From assembly GCA_009103225.1 (NCBI GenBank), contig RHPI01002069.1:2442846-2506845 (forward strand): a stretch of DNA of 64,000 nucleotides, in the 5' to 3' direction. Each line of letters starts with the position of its first letter. The stretch's first letter is position 1. The position numbers and the translations under genes were made by a program. This document shows, one piece after another, positions 26,583 through 38,814 of this stretch. Under the pieces are notes generated by a model that had not been told where the DNA came from, did no database searches, and was given only the letters and a program-made list of their open reading frames with translations. Source of the DNA: Chlorokybus atmophyticus (lineage: Eukaryota > Plantae > Mesostigma and Chlorokybus algae).

Positions 26583-29500
26583 ATGGCGGCGGCGGCGGCG
26601 GCAGGTGAGGCCGGCGGCTTGTTAACATATCTCAAGGGTGGGACTGTCAATAGGAGGAGGGGGCCTGCGGCACTGCTGGCTGTGGCGCTACTGTTACTGG
26701 TGCTGCTGTTTGGCTATGCTGCCGTCGTGAGCAACTACTACCTGTGGGCGACCAACTTTGCTGGGAAAGGGAACCACCAGGGGTGAGACACGATTACAGA
26801 TTCGCAAGCATACTTACATGAGCATACACAAACACAAATACAGGAGCATCTGCTCTCGCACACACACACACATACACGCACGCACGCCCGCACACGGAGT
26901 CGAGTTGTGCGCACGTGCCAGCACGCTGTAGCTTGGGTTGCATGACTCAGGATTGCCAAAAGTTAAAGTACCTGTTCACTAAGCCAAGAGAGACAAGCAT
27001 GCTGGAGAGAAGACATTTGTGGCTAGATCCGGGTGTTGTTATCTCAGTCAATATGAGTGCCACTCACGCGTTGTATCCTTGCTGCAGCAAGGGTGCTGTT
27101 ATTGGGGAGGAGTTGGCTGCACGCGTCGCACGGGAGGAGATCAAACCTGAGGTGGGCATAACACTAGTGTATTGTTAATCAATTGCATGATTTAGAAGGT
27201 TCATGCATCCATGTATTGTACGCAATCTGTCTTTCATTGATCAGGTGTTAGCAGCGGAGATAAGGCGCCAGCTCGCGGATGAGCTCCAACGCATGCGCCA
27301 ACAAGGCAGCGAAGAAGTGGAAAACACAGCCAAGGCATGCATCACACGTTTCATACCGAGTTTGTGTTCCAAACTCATTGTGCATTGCATACCATATGTT
27401 GTACTCATTTATGCTCTCTCTCTCAAACAGGAGAGGCGTGATGCTGAAGCGCGCATTCGCGAGCAGTTGATGCAATTCACCAAAGTACGTTTTACAGTGG
27501 TGTTTTACGTTGTTGGTTTGTGCGTTGATGTATGCAATTGGGCAATGCAGGAGGTAGCGGAGACACTGCGTGCACAACAAGAGCGCCAACAACAGCAGCT
27601 CCAACAGTTGTTGGAAAAACAACAACAAGCCCAACAACAAACTCAACAACAAGCTCAACAAGCTCAAGAACAACAACAACAACAACAACAACCGCAGCAA
27701 GTCCCTCCCTCGCCATACATCACCCACAACTTCTCATGTGGCTATGTGTCCAACTCACGTTGGACCCGTCGTTTCTGTTTCGACGCTCTCCCGCGCGATA
27801 TCACCCCTACACTCGAGATCACAACAAGCGCACCCGCGCCGATATCACTTACCCTTCGCGTGCACAAGATGCCAAAAGGGGATCCAACGCAAACGTGGAC
27901 ACCCGCTTGCAACGACTCGCTGCACGTGAGGTTTGCGTCGAGCGTTGTATTGTCGCCGAGCTTTCTGGCGGCTACGGATGTGGTGGAAGAGGAGTGTGGG
28001 GTGTATAGACTGGTGGTACATCCACCACCGGATGAAGTAATACTCAAGGTATCAGCGATGACACGCATTGGCGTGTGCACACCCACACCCACGGAAACAC
28101 GCAAGTGTGCATACACGCACGCTAACATACATAAACTCATGTGCGTATTGACACGAACAGATGCATGTGTACGCGTGCGCGTGCATGTGCACACCTGCAC
28201 GCACACAAACTCACATAACCATATCTGTCCATGCACATACCCACACATGCCCGCACGCAAGCGCGCACAAGAGAGCATACAGATACATATGCGCACGCAT
28301 TGCATGTGCTTATGTACATGTGTCCCTTTCGCTCTCTGCCCCAACCCCCTCCTCTCCCTTCTCCCCTCCCCATCAGGTCCTTGTCTTCCTCCTCCACATC
28401 GACGGCGAGGGCTACGCCAACCCCTCCCTCGACATCCCCTACGGCTACAACATCCTGGGCGACCCGGTCAAGGCCAACCTGGGGGCGTCCGTCTACAACG
28501 TCGACGCAAACATCCAGGGGGAGATACGCGTGCCTGCGATGAAGCAGGGAAGCAGGGATGAGAGGGCGTACAGGAAGTGTGATGGGGGAGATGCGCCGGG
28601 GTGAGTAGATGGAGTGAGAGATGCATGCATTGTTTGTAAGCATGGGTGTGACATACGAGTGTGAGTATGTTAACCCGTGCATGTGCATGCGCATGTGAGT
28701 ATGCCTTCGTACACATGTTGACGCACGAGTGTATGTGCGTATTTTCTGTGTGTACACACGCATCAATCTATGCGCGAGTGTCACACGCACGCAAAGACAC
28801 ACGCGCACGCGTACACGCGCGCGCGCATGCACACGTATGACAGCACGCATTGACAGGCACGTGTTTGCCAGTGCATACACTCATGTGTAGGCATGACCCT
28901 TTCCTTTTCCAGTTATTGGAGGCTGGCCCCTGACCCTCTCAACCCCCCTTACATCGGCGAGCCCATCACTTGGTCTCCTCACGGTTGCCACTACAGGTTA
29001 TACTCCAGCGACGCTCTTCACAATTGTTTGATTCAGAAAAACCGCACGGTCGTGTTTGCGGGGGAGAGCATCACGCGACAGCTGTACAACCTGTTCATGT
29101 CGCACGCGAACGGGATGCACTACGAGGATATGGAGAAGCACCCGCATGGAGGGTATTATTGGCCGCCGGTGGATATATTGTATGAGCACTCAGGCGGACT
29201 CAACCTACAGACGGTGAGTCACGTGCTTGCACACAAGTGCGCACACGCGCATGCATGCACGTACGAACACGCGCGCGCGTGCACACGTGCACCATGAACA
29301 CACGTACGCACGAATGCAAACATGCTTACACGTGAGCACGCGTATGTGTGAGGATGTGTGCATGCGTGTGTTCGCACACACACGCTTGTACGTGTGCGCG
29401 AACCCACACATCCTCTCACACCATGTACACGCGTGCGCACGCACATATCATAACAGAAACACACGCGCGCACACCCACCCACACTCGCACTACCTCCCTT

Positions 29501-30745
29501 CCTCACCATCCCACTTACCACATCTCCCCACCCCCCAGGACAAGTTAGTCCAGCTCTGCGAGCACCACGGTTTGGGCAACCTCGTCCCCGGTCTCTCCTC
29601 CTGGTTCACGCAACAACAATCCCACGCTTCCCCAAACTCCAGCATATCCCCCAACTTCCTCATCGTTGGCGTGGGCCACAACGACATGATGCGTCGGCCG
29701 TTCGAAGAGTATCTCGACCACACGCGTCGCCTCATGGCGTTATTGAAGCAGCACAAGTTTGAGGGGCAACTCGTGTGGATGACCGCACCAGTGAGGCACT
29801 ACAAGGCGTTCTTGGGGCATCCGGGCATATGCACGTAAGGAGGCAGAGCACGTGTGCGTGTGCGTGTTCTCGTGTGTGTGTGCATGCCATGTGTGCGTTC
29901 GCGCGTGCGTGTGGTTCACGCGTGTGTGTGCGTGTGCGTGTGCGCGTGGTCATGTGCGCGCGTGCGTGCGTGCGTGTGCGTGCATGTGTTGATTCATGCT
30001 CTCTTGCTGATAGGTGTCCGGAGGGGAGGCCAAGCAACTGCACAGCCGAGCCTGAGCGCTGCACGTGCGATTGCTCCTATGGTAACTCCTGGTATCAGGT
30101 ACACATTTCCCCACAACAACCAACCACACAACATCACCTCACCCACCTAACCACACCTCCACCTCAGGAGGTTCCTGGCGGGGATCTGTCTCAAGCAATG
30201 CAAAATAATGTGGGTGATCTTGCACATGAGATCACAGATGCACCTATCCACTGGACTCTTCCTGGGCGCGGGCCTGCCCGCAGCGGCGTGGGTCTCCCAC
30301 TCTTTAGTAACACTTACTCGCGCGTGCGCCACGGCAACAAGAAAGGTGACCTGTGCATGCGCGCGTGTGTGACAATGTAAAACTTGGGGCAGCATGGACT
30401 GATATGCTCTCTATCTCTGTCTCTGTTTCAGCACTGGAGATAGTAAGGGAGGCGTATCCCAACGTCAAGGTGTTGGACTTCCAGGTGGGTGTGTATGTTG
30501 GCTGACATTGACAGTGCAGACACGCACACACGAACACGAACACATACACATACAGATACTCACATGCACTCACGCAGGGTATAACGGACGGTTTGCCTCC
30601 GGACTTCTGCTTCGACGGGTTGCATTACGGCTGCTGGCCGAACTACTTCACGGAGCGGCTCAGGCAGCCGTGGCGTTGCCGAAACATCGCCAATAGGGTT
30701 GTCGCTAACGTGCTCAGCAATATGCTCTGTAGCGATAGCAGTTAG
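26583..30745 (+). CDS. Type II membrane SGNH/PC-esterase (TBL/CPED1-like acyl-esterase or acyltransferase) with Gln-rich coiled-coil stem
   Basis: TM AALLAVALLLLVLLFGYAAVV; WSPHGCHYRLY...CL...NRTVVFAGESITRQ (GDS-type motif as GES); LIVGVGHND; VWMTAP; C-terminal DGLHY (DxxH); stop at 30743-30745. Confidence 0.8.
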
Positions 30746-32478
30746 ACCAGAGCATATAAAGGTAGGGGTTGGGGTCGCTAGCAAATTATGTTATACACTA
30801 ACTGCAAATTTGTCTGTAATACACTCATGCAAAAGTCATGTTGATCATCCCTTTCCTTCAGTACCCGCGTAGTGCGCCATGTTTCAACCAACTTATCACA
30901 CGTATTTCCTTGCTTTCTTGCTTAGTGAAGCTGGTGTAATGGGATGTCCACGTACTGGTAGTGGTTGGCCGCTGCATGTGTCTAAGACCAAGGCAACATG
31001 ATACACGCAGAGAGTCGAAGTTATGACGTAGGGAGACAGTTCCCACTAATCACCGACCATCAGCCTCTTCGCTGGCTAATGACCAACCAACAACTAACGG
31101 GCAAGTTGGCCAGGTGGGCCTTACATCTGCAGGAGTATGGTTTCAAGATCACACATCGTGCGAGCCTAACATGTCTGGACGCCGACGGCCTCAGTCGTAA
31201 CCCCCACCTCTTCACCAACGACACCACAGGTGCCAGACATGACTTGGGTTCACCGGCACCACCACCACAGGTGGCTACCATGTTCGCGTAGTTGCATTGC
31301 GCTCGGGACGGGACACCATGATGGGAGCAACTCCTATCGTCACAGAGCTACAGGAAATGCCAGCGCTCATCTCGGTCAACAACGAGACCGCAGAGTCCAC
31401 CGTTCCAGAGAACGGTTAGCTTCTTGATGCTGACATATGTCAAGACATCTGGCAGGCCAAGAACTCCCTTGCCTACCTTCAGCATGGGCAACACACGGCA
31501 CAACTAAGCGCGCGCGAGTATGACCGCGTGAATCACAGCTGTCAGAAATATCGTTGGGATAATGGACTTGACTTCCAATGAGTTCATTTTTATGATAAAG
31601 AGGTGCTTGCTTCGCAGCTGCGCGAGGGCATCATCTCTGCACCCCACACTGAGTTGGGACACTTAGGTGTCAAACGCACTGTCAGCTTGGTGAGTGCCCA
31701 ATAATGGTGGCATGGTATGCACACACAGGTGCGCACCTTCATTGCAAATTGTTTGCATCGCGAACTCGTCCATGCCAGCCTCAACACCCGCACCAGCACT
31801 CTCCCACCCCTGCCCAATACGGGCATGATCTAACGGTGGGAGATCCTGGGAGATTTAGCACCCTTAGCTCGTGAAAACAAGTACATCCTCGTTATGATCG
31901 AGTACTTCTCCAAGTGGATCAAGCTGGTTCCCTTCCCGACAAAAGCAGCAGAGGAAACGTAAAGGCTTTCCTCGACCACGTACTCAATCGCTTTGGCTCG
32001 TGCGCTGAAGTCATCGCTGACCAGGGAGCAAAGTTCCGCGACGAGTTCAACATCTTGCTGGACCGCTCCAAAATTGACCACTGTCGCACATCGTGACCAT
32101 CGGCGGGCAGATGGATTGGCAGAACGCGCTGTCCAAACCATCGAAAAGGCATTGCGCAAGTATGTCATCAACCACGAGAAGCGCACCTAAGGTGACTACC
32201 TCATAAGTCGCTCTTGGCTACTGATTGTCCAAGCAAGCTTCCCTGCGCATGTACAGTTCTTATCAGCTTCTATTTGGCAGAGAGCCACTACTCCCCTTCC
32301 GAGCACAGCAGGAGGTGCGTGGTGGACAACCTTGACAACCCAATGGCCATACTGCACGACATGCAGCAGCACGCACACTGATTCGTGCACGTCATTCCTA
32401 TAGCCATGGGCAACCTCCGCATTGTCCAGCATCGCGACACGCTGCGGGCGTGTTCACAGTGAATGCTGCAAGCAGCGC

Positions 32479-33439
32479 TGTAACGGGAAGGTACATTAAA
32501 TTACCACAAATCGACCATAAAAGCACCAAGTCTTTTGTGGTCGAGTGGGCTGTGACATTGGTCATCGGAGCTTGAGACCCGGGTTCGATTCTTGCCTTGC
32601 ACACGAATTCCGCGGTCGTTGTTTCTCGATCCAATAATCGTAAATGGTCACTTTATGAGTGCCATCATCGATGGGTTGCGACTTGCCTAATGGCAGTCGT
32701 GCCGGCGTTCAGTCGGCGCGGCAGTGCGCGACCTGCCTGTCGCGATGCGACCTGTGGGGCCGGCAGCGGTGCGCTATGCGCGCGTTGACCGGTATGGGCC
32801 TAAAATTAGCCAGTCCTTGGCGTTGGGACCGGTGGCCGACCCTAGCAAACCCCTGGGATGATTCCCCAGCTGAGCGTGAGCAGCTGCCGAGGACGTCAGC
32901 GTTCTTAAGTGGGGGGGAATGTAACGGGAAGGTACATTAAATTACCACAAATCGACCATAAAAGCACCAAGTCTTTTGTGGTCGAGTGGGCTGTGACAGT
33001 GGTCATCGGAGCTTGAGACCCGGGTTCGATTCTTGCCTTGCACACGAATTCCGCGGTCGTTGTTTCTCGATCCAATAATCGTAAATGGTCACTTTATGAG
33101 TGCCATCATCGATGGGTTGCGACTTGCCTAATGGCAGTCGTGCCGGCGTTCAGTCGGCGCGGCAGTGCGCGACCTGCCTGTCGCGATGCGACCTGTGGGG
33201 CCGGCAGCGGTGCGCTATGCGCGCGTTGACCGGTATGGGCCTAAAATTAGCCAGTCCTTGGCGTTGGGACCGGTGGCCGACCCTAGCAAACCCCTGGGAT
33301 GATTCCCCAGCTGAGCGTGAGCAGCTGCCGAGGACGTCAGCGTTCTTAAGTGGGGGGGAATGTAACGGGAAGGTACATTAAATTACCACAAATCGACCAT
33401 AAAAGCACCAAGTCTTTTGTGGTCGAGTGGGCTGTGACA
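32479..33439 (+). mobile_element. Tandem TRIM: LTR-internal-LTR-internal-LTR (79 bp LTRs, 362 bp internal, 441 bp period), 5 bp TSD AGCGC
   Basis: TGTAAC...GTGACA LTRs at 32479-32557, 32920-32998 and 33361-33439. PBS-like TGGTCATCGGAGC follows the first two LTRs and PPT AAGTGGGGGGGAA precedes the last two. AGCGC at 32474-32478 and 33440-33444. Confidence 0.93.
32531..32601 (+). ncRNA. tRNA-like sequence / Pol III type-2 promoter spanning the TRIM LTR-PBS junction (second copy 32972-33042); not a functional tRNA
   Basis: A-box TGGTCGAGTGG (32538); D-stem GTCG/TGAC; 17 nt PBS-containing segment in place of the anticodon arm; AGAC variable loop; CCGGG TTCGATT CTTGC T-arm with B-box. Acceptor and anticodon stems do not pair. 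Confidence 0.6.
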
Positions 33440-34344
33440 AGCGCAGTCTCCTTCGCTTCGAGGCGACGGACTATGTCAACCGCATGACCCAGACCCACGA
33501 CACCCTTGACATTGACAGGCGTCGCAAGCGCATCATCTACAAGGTTTTAAAGGTTCTCCCCTCTGAAGTGCTGGACTTGCTTAGCAACGACGGCGAGCGA
33601 CTCAAGGATAACATTGGAAATTGTGCTCCATGTCACCTTTCACACGTCGTGGGCTTCAACATCATCCACCAGTCTCGACCCAGCCGCAGCAAGCGTTGTG
33701 AAAAGTGTGGCAGCGTCGGCGATAACGCGCTCATGATGTTGTTCGATGGCTTCAACAACGGCATGCATCGCTATTGCCTCGACCCCAAAGGACGCTGTTC
33801 CTCTAGAGGCATACCGATGTGAGGACTGCCGCAGCAGCGGTCCTCCCCATTCCCATTGAAGACTGCTCACTGGAGCAAAGACTTCCCGGAAGGAATAAGC
33901 CACCCCCCTGCAAATTGAGGCCCAATTCGCAACGGGGTGGCTTATTGCTACTTGCTTTATTTTGCATTGTTACTAACCGAATGCTCTGCTGAGCAGAGCA
34001 TTCAGCACGCAGTGCACATAGCACGGATGTGCATCACATGTTGGCATTATCACATGTGTTCTGCACACAAATAGGTATAGGCATGGGGGTATTCTTCACC
34101 TTCCGCACGGTGCAGCTATGTAGGATGCTTGGTAGTGTCCGCTACCCCCCCTCGCACCGCCCACAGAGAGGTCAAAGCGTGTAGGGCCTAGGCTGATGCC
34201 GCTGTACGAGGGATCGCTTGCGCCCACCACAAGCGTGATGTCGCCATGTCGAGACTGTTCCAATGATGACAATACGTTTGAGACCGACCCGAACGAGCAC
34301 ACAACCGTGCCAGGCCCAGGAGCGGTCGCACCAACGGTCCAGAA

Positions 34345-34386
34345 AGGGTTAGGGTTAGGCCCTAACCCTAACCCTAACCCTAACCC
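34345..34386. repeat. Head-to-head interstitial telomere-type repeat (TTAGGG)n/(CCCTAA)n
   Basis: agggttagggttagg c cctaaccctaaccctaaccctaaccc: perfect 15 bp arms with a 1 nt spacer. Confidence 0.85.
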
Positions 34387-34899
34387 CAACTTCCTCGTTG
34401 ATGCTTACAGGCAAGCGCCGTTCCCACGCTACCTGCATCAACAGGCATTACACTCAACCATGCCTACAATTAGGTGTCGACCCCGGCTATCGGGATGGGG
34501 CCCGCGTGACATTGAGCAGTTGTGAGTATGTTCTTGAAGGTACCTAGTGTAGTTCATAGCCTATACGAGCTGATCCGTTTTAAGTTTGACTTAGGCCTTA
34601 TCTAGGTTATTTCGTAAATTAGCCATTATCTTAGAACGCAACATTTGTCACCTAATTATAAAGGCTTAGAACTTAGTCATGGTACATTGATGACACTGTA
34701 AGTGAGCACTCGGGAAGCAAGTGTTGAGAAATACGGACGTTAATCTTTGAAGTGCTCCGAACTTGCTCTCTGAAGATTATGACTGCATCACCTCGCTTAG
34801 CGAGTGTAGATGTGTCTTGGCAACTGGGGCAGTGCCACATCACACATCACACATCAGTGACACATCTAAACGAAAGAGAGTGCAGTGTATACACATGTG

Positions 34900-37800
34900 C
34901 ATTGCTTGTCAGTTGATGTGGTTGTGGTTGCGTGGGTGCACGTTGTGTGGTCTGCATCAGAGTGTGGTATTTATGTGTTGCCGCATTCTTTTATACCATA
35001 AACATATTTTATTTCAGAACACAAAGCAAGCGGTTTATGTAAGCAGCTCACACATCATGATGGCATGATGCGTAACATCCTGCCAAACTGCATTGGCTGT
35101 AACGAAGTTGGTCTTGAAAACAAAACATTGCACAACCAGCTTAAATAAAAGCTCAACTCTTAGCGAAGACAGCGGCTGCTGAAGCCCTCTTGCCTTCAGC
35201 AAGAGGAAAAGAGCAAATTCAGAGTCATTTTTCCTGAGCGCGCCTGGAAGCTGAAGCTGCAACCTTGCAGAGGAGAGAAGTGAGCGGAGGAGGAGAAGAG
35301 TCGTACCTATGCGAGCAGCAGTAACACCATAAGTGCCACAGAAGAAGAGGATGAAAAAGGTGCCAAACGGGAAGAAGAGAGGAGGGAGAGACATGCTCCG
35401 CCACCCCGAACAGCATCATGCTCGGGGTGAGAATCAGCTCCCCCCCATGCGATGAAAGAGTGCAAAGCCAGTCCCACAGCACGATGGAGGAAATGTAGTA
35501 ATAGAAGAGGTGGAATGGGTTCTCAAGAGCAGCTTCAGAACTGGTCAGGCACGAGAGATTCAGGCCCATATAGACTAGCTTCTCACCCGTATGGAGTTCT
35601 TTGTGAGTGATCTGCCAGAGCAAATAGCCATCTTTGCCTGGCACCAATAAATGGTGGAGGTGCCTTTGAATGGTCGGCCAAGGAAGAGAGTCAGACAACA
35701 TGCCCCTCCTAATTTATGCCGGGGCTCAGCTTGTGCTTACTACTCAGTGATTGGTACCAGAAGCGTGCAGTATAATCTCAAGAAGAATATACATAAAAAT
35801 CCCTCGGGAGGTTCGCTCCAAGAGATGGAGGAAGGATCAAAGTGCAAGTCGCTGAGGCGAGCACCGCCTACTGCAATCCACCCTGCGTGTCTGGCAGGTG
35901 GAGTGAGAGCCACCCCGTCTGGAGAACTATCAGTCGGGGTGCTTCTCCACCGAATGAGAGGGGGTAGAACTTGGACTCTGTGAAGCGACTGAACAGGCAT
36001 AGAGGCCCTTTCAGCAGCAGATGATAGAGTGGACCCCTCCGTACCTCCCACTTCAAAAAGCGTACCGGCATTGAGGGAGAGGGAGCATGACTCCACCAGC
36101 AGAACCTGGTGGATACCCCCTTTAAAAGACAAGGTGGCCCACCACTCAGTGGGAGCTGGAAGGAGCGGGCATGTCTGCAGAATGCCACCCAGCTTGCAGG
36201 CAATGCTCTTCATAAAGCTCACAGCCTGCTTTTCGTGTGATCAGGCACCCAGTACAAAAGAGCCTGGGCTGAGTAGGGGCGAGTTCCTGAGCATCGCAGA
36301 GGTTGGCCAATGGATGGAACTCCGCCGCCGCCCGAGCAAGATACATGCTGTGTGAAGGCCTCGGGCCTTTACACAGCATGTACATTTTCCGAGGGCAAGC
36401 CCTTCGGCACGGGGCTCGTGCTAAAGGGCTTGCCCTAGGGAGCAAGAATGAGAGGGATGTAAACTAGCGGCTGGCGCAAGACATCCTCGTAGTTCGAGGG
36501 TTGCAGCCAGTGAGTTGAACGGACTGCAGCTCAAGCCTTGAGAATGAGTTGCCAGTGCGGGGACAACCCTACATAGGCAAAAAGACCTTCCGCTGCTAAA
36601 GCAACCCCTATGTGAAGCCACTGAACATTTGAAAACTAGGGATCACTTGCGCACCGCTAGAGTTGGTGGTATCCCAGAGCCTTTAAAGGGGCCCACGAGG
36701 GATTACAACTTTAGGGGAGAGGCCCATTTTGCCAGTAAAGCCTGCGTTTGCATGGCGGGGTTGAGGAGACGTAGGCCGCCATCCTCTTTCACGAGACACA
36801 TCACCTGCCAGGCTGGCAGTGCCAGCTAACTTTGCCTCTGATGGCGGGGGCAGCTCCCTCAGCCGAGGAGGCTTAGAGACAAGCAGTGCATGAACGCCGT
36901 AGCTTGTCCAACCAGACCAAGAAGAACAGGCAACCGCAGCAATATACCAGAGACAGGCTAGTATGGACTGGTTCGCCACCAGTGCACGGGCCATCGAAGA
37001 AAGGTAGTGACGGGACCATAAGTTCAGGCGCTTTTGCACTGTCTTTAGTACAGCTCGAAACGGTTGTTGCTGATGTAGTGAACCCCCATAGGCACACCTA
37101 ACAAGATGGCAGTCTCAGATGAAGGCAGCCACTGTAAACCCTACTCCGTAAGTGGGTGCTTGGCCGCGGCTCCAAGGAGGATGCCCACTAACTTGGGAGT
37201 ACCAAGGGCAGAGTCGGAAGCAAAGCAATATGTGAACATCACTTGCTGAAATGCTACGTAGCTGTCAGGGTCGGTGCGCAGCAGCACTGAGGTGTCGTCC
37301 GCGAAGGCGAAGTACTAAAGATCCCCCCTCTCCCTGCTAGCTGGCTCTAAACTTCCTGGGAGAAGCAATCCATGAATGCCCGGATGGGCATTGTGTTGAG
37401 ATTTAGGCACTACTGATCATGCATGGAGTTGGTGCAATCACAAGCACACACACTCTACCAGAGCATACACACAAGGCTCATCCAAAAAGGCATTCTAAGG
37501 ACTACAACAAAGTCACACCGCGGGCTTCTATACCCGCCAGTTCTGCACCTGTCTACTTTAGAAGTCACCACGACTTCTACACTCAATCGATTCCCTGCGC
37601 TTTAAACTGCAACACGTAGCTACTTTCAAGAGCTTTCCAACAAGCTATGACACGTGCCACAGTAATGTAACCATCGAGCTACAATGTTTCTTCTACAGCG
37701 CCTAGAAGTCTCCAGACTCCGGACTCGACTCCGCGCCTGGAACCTTCTCGACTGAAGTCCTCGCCTGGACCGTTCTCGACTGGCACCTTCTCGCGGCCAT

Positions 37801-38450
37801 TCTTATCCACAGGGCAAGCTGACCGGATACAAAAATATCCTAAACACATTGAGCATTACACCCAAAGCTTCCACCGCCAGCACAAGTAAGGAAGGAGCCA
37901 TGGGACCCTGCCTCACACTCATTTTCAAAGGGTTAAGAAAGGCGACCATCCACCATCACCATGCTCTGCCCCCCTCCCCCCCCCCCCTTTGTTGAGAGTG
38001 CGAACCCACAAAACACCGCTTGCGCTAAATCCTAATGCAAGCATCACCTCCTGAAGAAAGTCTCGGTCAATACGGTCGAAAGCCTTTTTGAAATCATGAG
38101 ATGGGAATTGATTGGTTAGAGGCCCTCGCATGGTTGATTGCATCTTGCGCTATAAGAACATTGTTAAGGATGTAGCGCTGTTTAACAAAGTCAGTTTGCT
38201 TAGGTGCGAGAATTTCTCGCACCTAAGCAAACCGGCTTTTGAAAGTCTAAGAGGAAGACGTTGATGCGTGAGGCCAAGGCCTTGGCAAGAATGCTGTAAC
38301 GAAGAGGGAGAAGAGGGATAGGTCTTCAGTTGCAAAGATCACCGGTGTCCCCCTTCGCGTGCAAAGTGATAATACTCAGACGCTGGGAGCCCTTAAATGC
38401 GCACACCCCAGAACTTGAAGACAATGGTTCAAGTAGTCCTCACCAAGGAG
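34900..38450 (-). mobile_element. Decayed L1/Tx1-like non-LTR retrotransposon ORF2
   Basis: KGDTGDLCN*RPI (about 38330); HDFKKAFDRIDRDFLQEVMLALGF (37990-38100); FAFADDTS (about 37300); KRLNLWSRHYLSSMARALVANQSILACLWYIA. Many stops and frameshifts. Confidence 0.8.
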
Positions 38451-38814
38451 AAGCCACTGTTGAACACTGAGCTAGTGGCACATTGACCTCTCACTTACCT
38501 GCTGGTTAGGGTCGCAAACTTCTGCACAAGCAGTCTAATCTACTGCAAACCTTGCAACAAGCAACACCCCACAAGGAGTAGATGGGGAGAGCACCCTTTC
38601 ACAACTTCAGCCAGGCACACACAAGTAGCTCCGCAAGGCCAGCAACTCCCTCTCCCGCAAGGTGGTGGTTGCGCCCTTATACCACCTGCTGCTCTCCGAC
38701 CTGGCACATAAAAAGTCCAAGACCAACAAGGTCTTGCTTCCTATGCGCTAACCTGTCAGCATAGGCTGACTTTGTCCACCTTCAAACACATCAACATAAG
38801 CAGCACATGCTGCC

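Larger units (their letters stand above)
31000..33830 (+). mobile_element. Decayed Ty3/gypsy pol fragment (RNase H, integrase, PHD finger), interrupted by TRIM array
   Basis: ITDHQPLRWLM...GKLARWALHLQEY; frameshifted integrase core (GHLGVKRT, DQG.EF..EF); NCAPCHL then CEKCG...LMM.FDG.NNGMH.YCLDP. No intact LTR seen. Confidence 0.85.

Noticed and set aside
32531-32601. Functional tRNA gene
   Set aside because: Acceptor and anticodon stems do not pair; kept only as a tRNA-like promoter.
32479-33439. CRISPR-like repeat-spacer array
   Set aside because: The intervening segments are identical to each other; LTR, PBS, PPT and TSD identify a TRIM.
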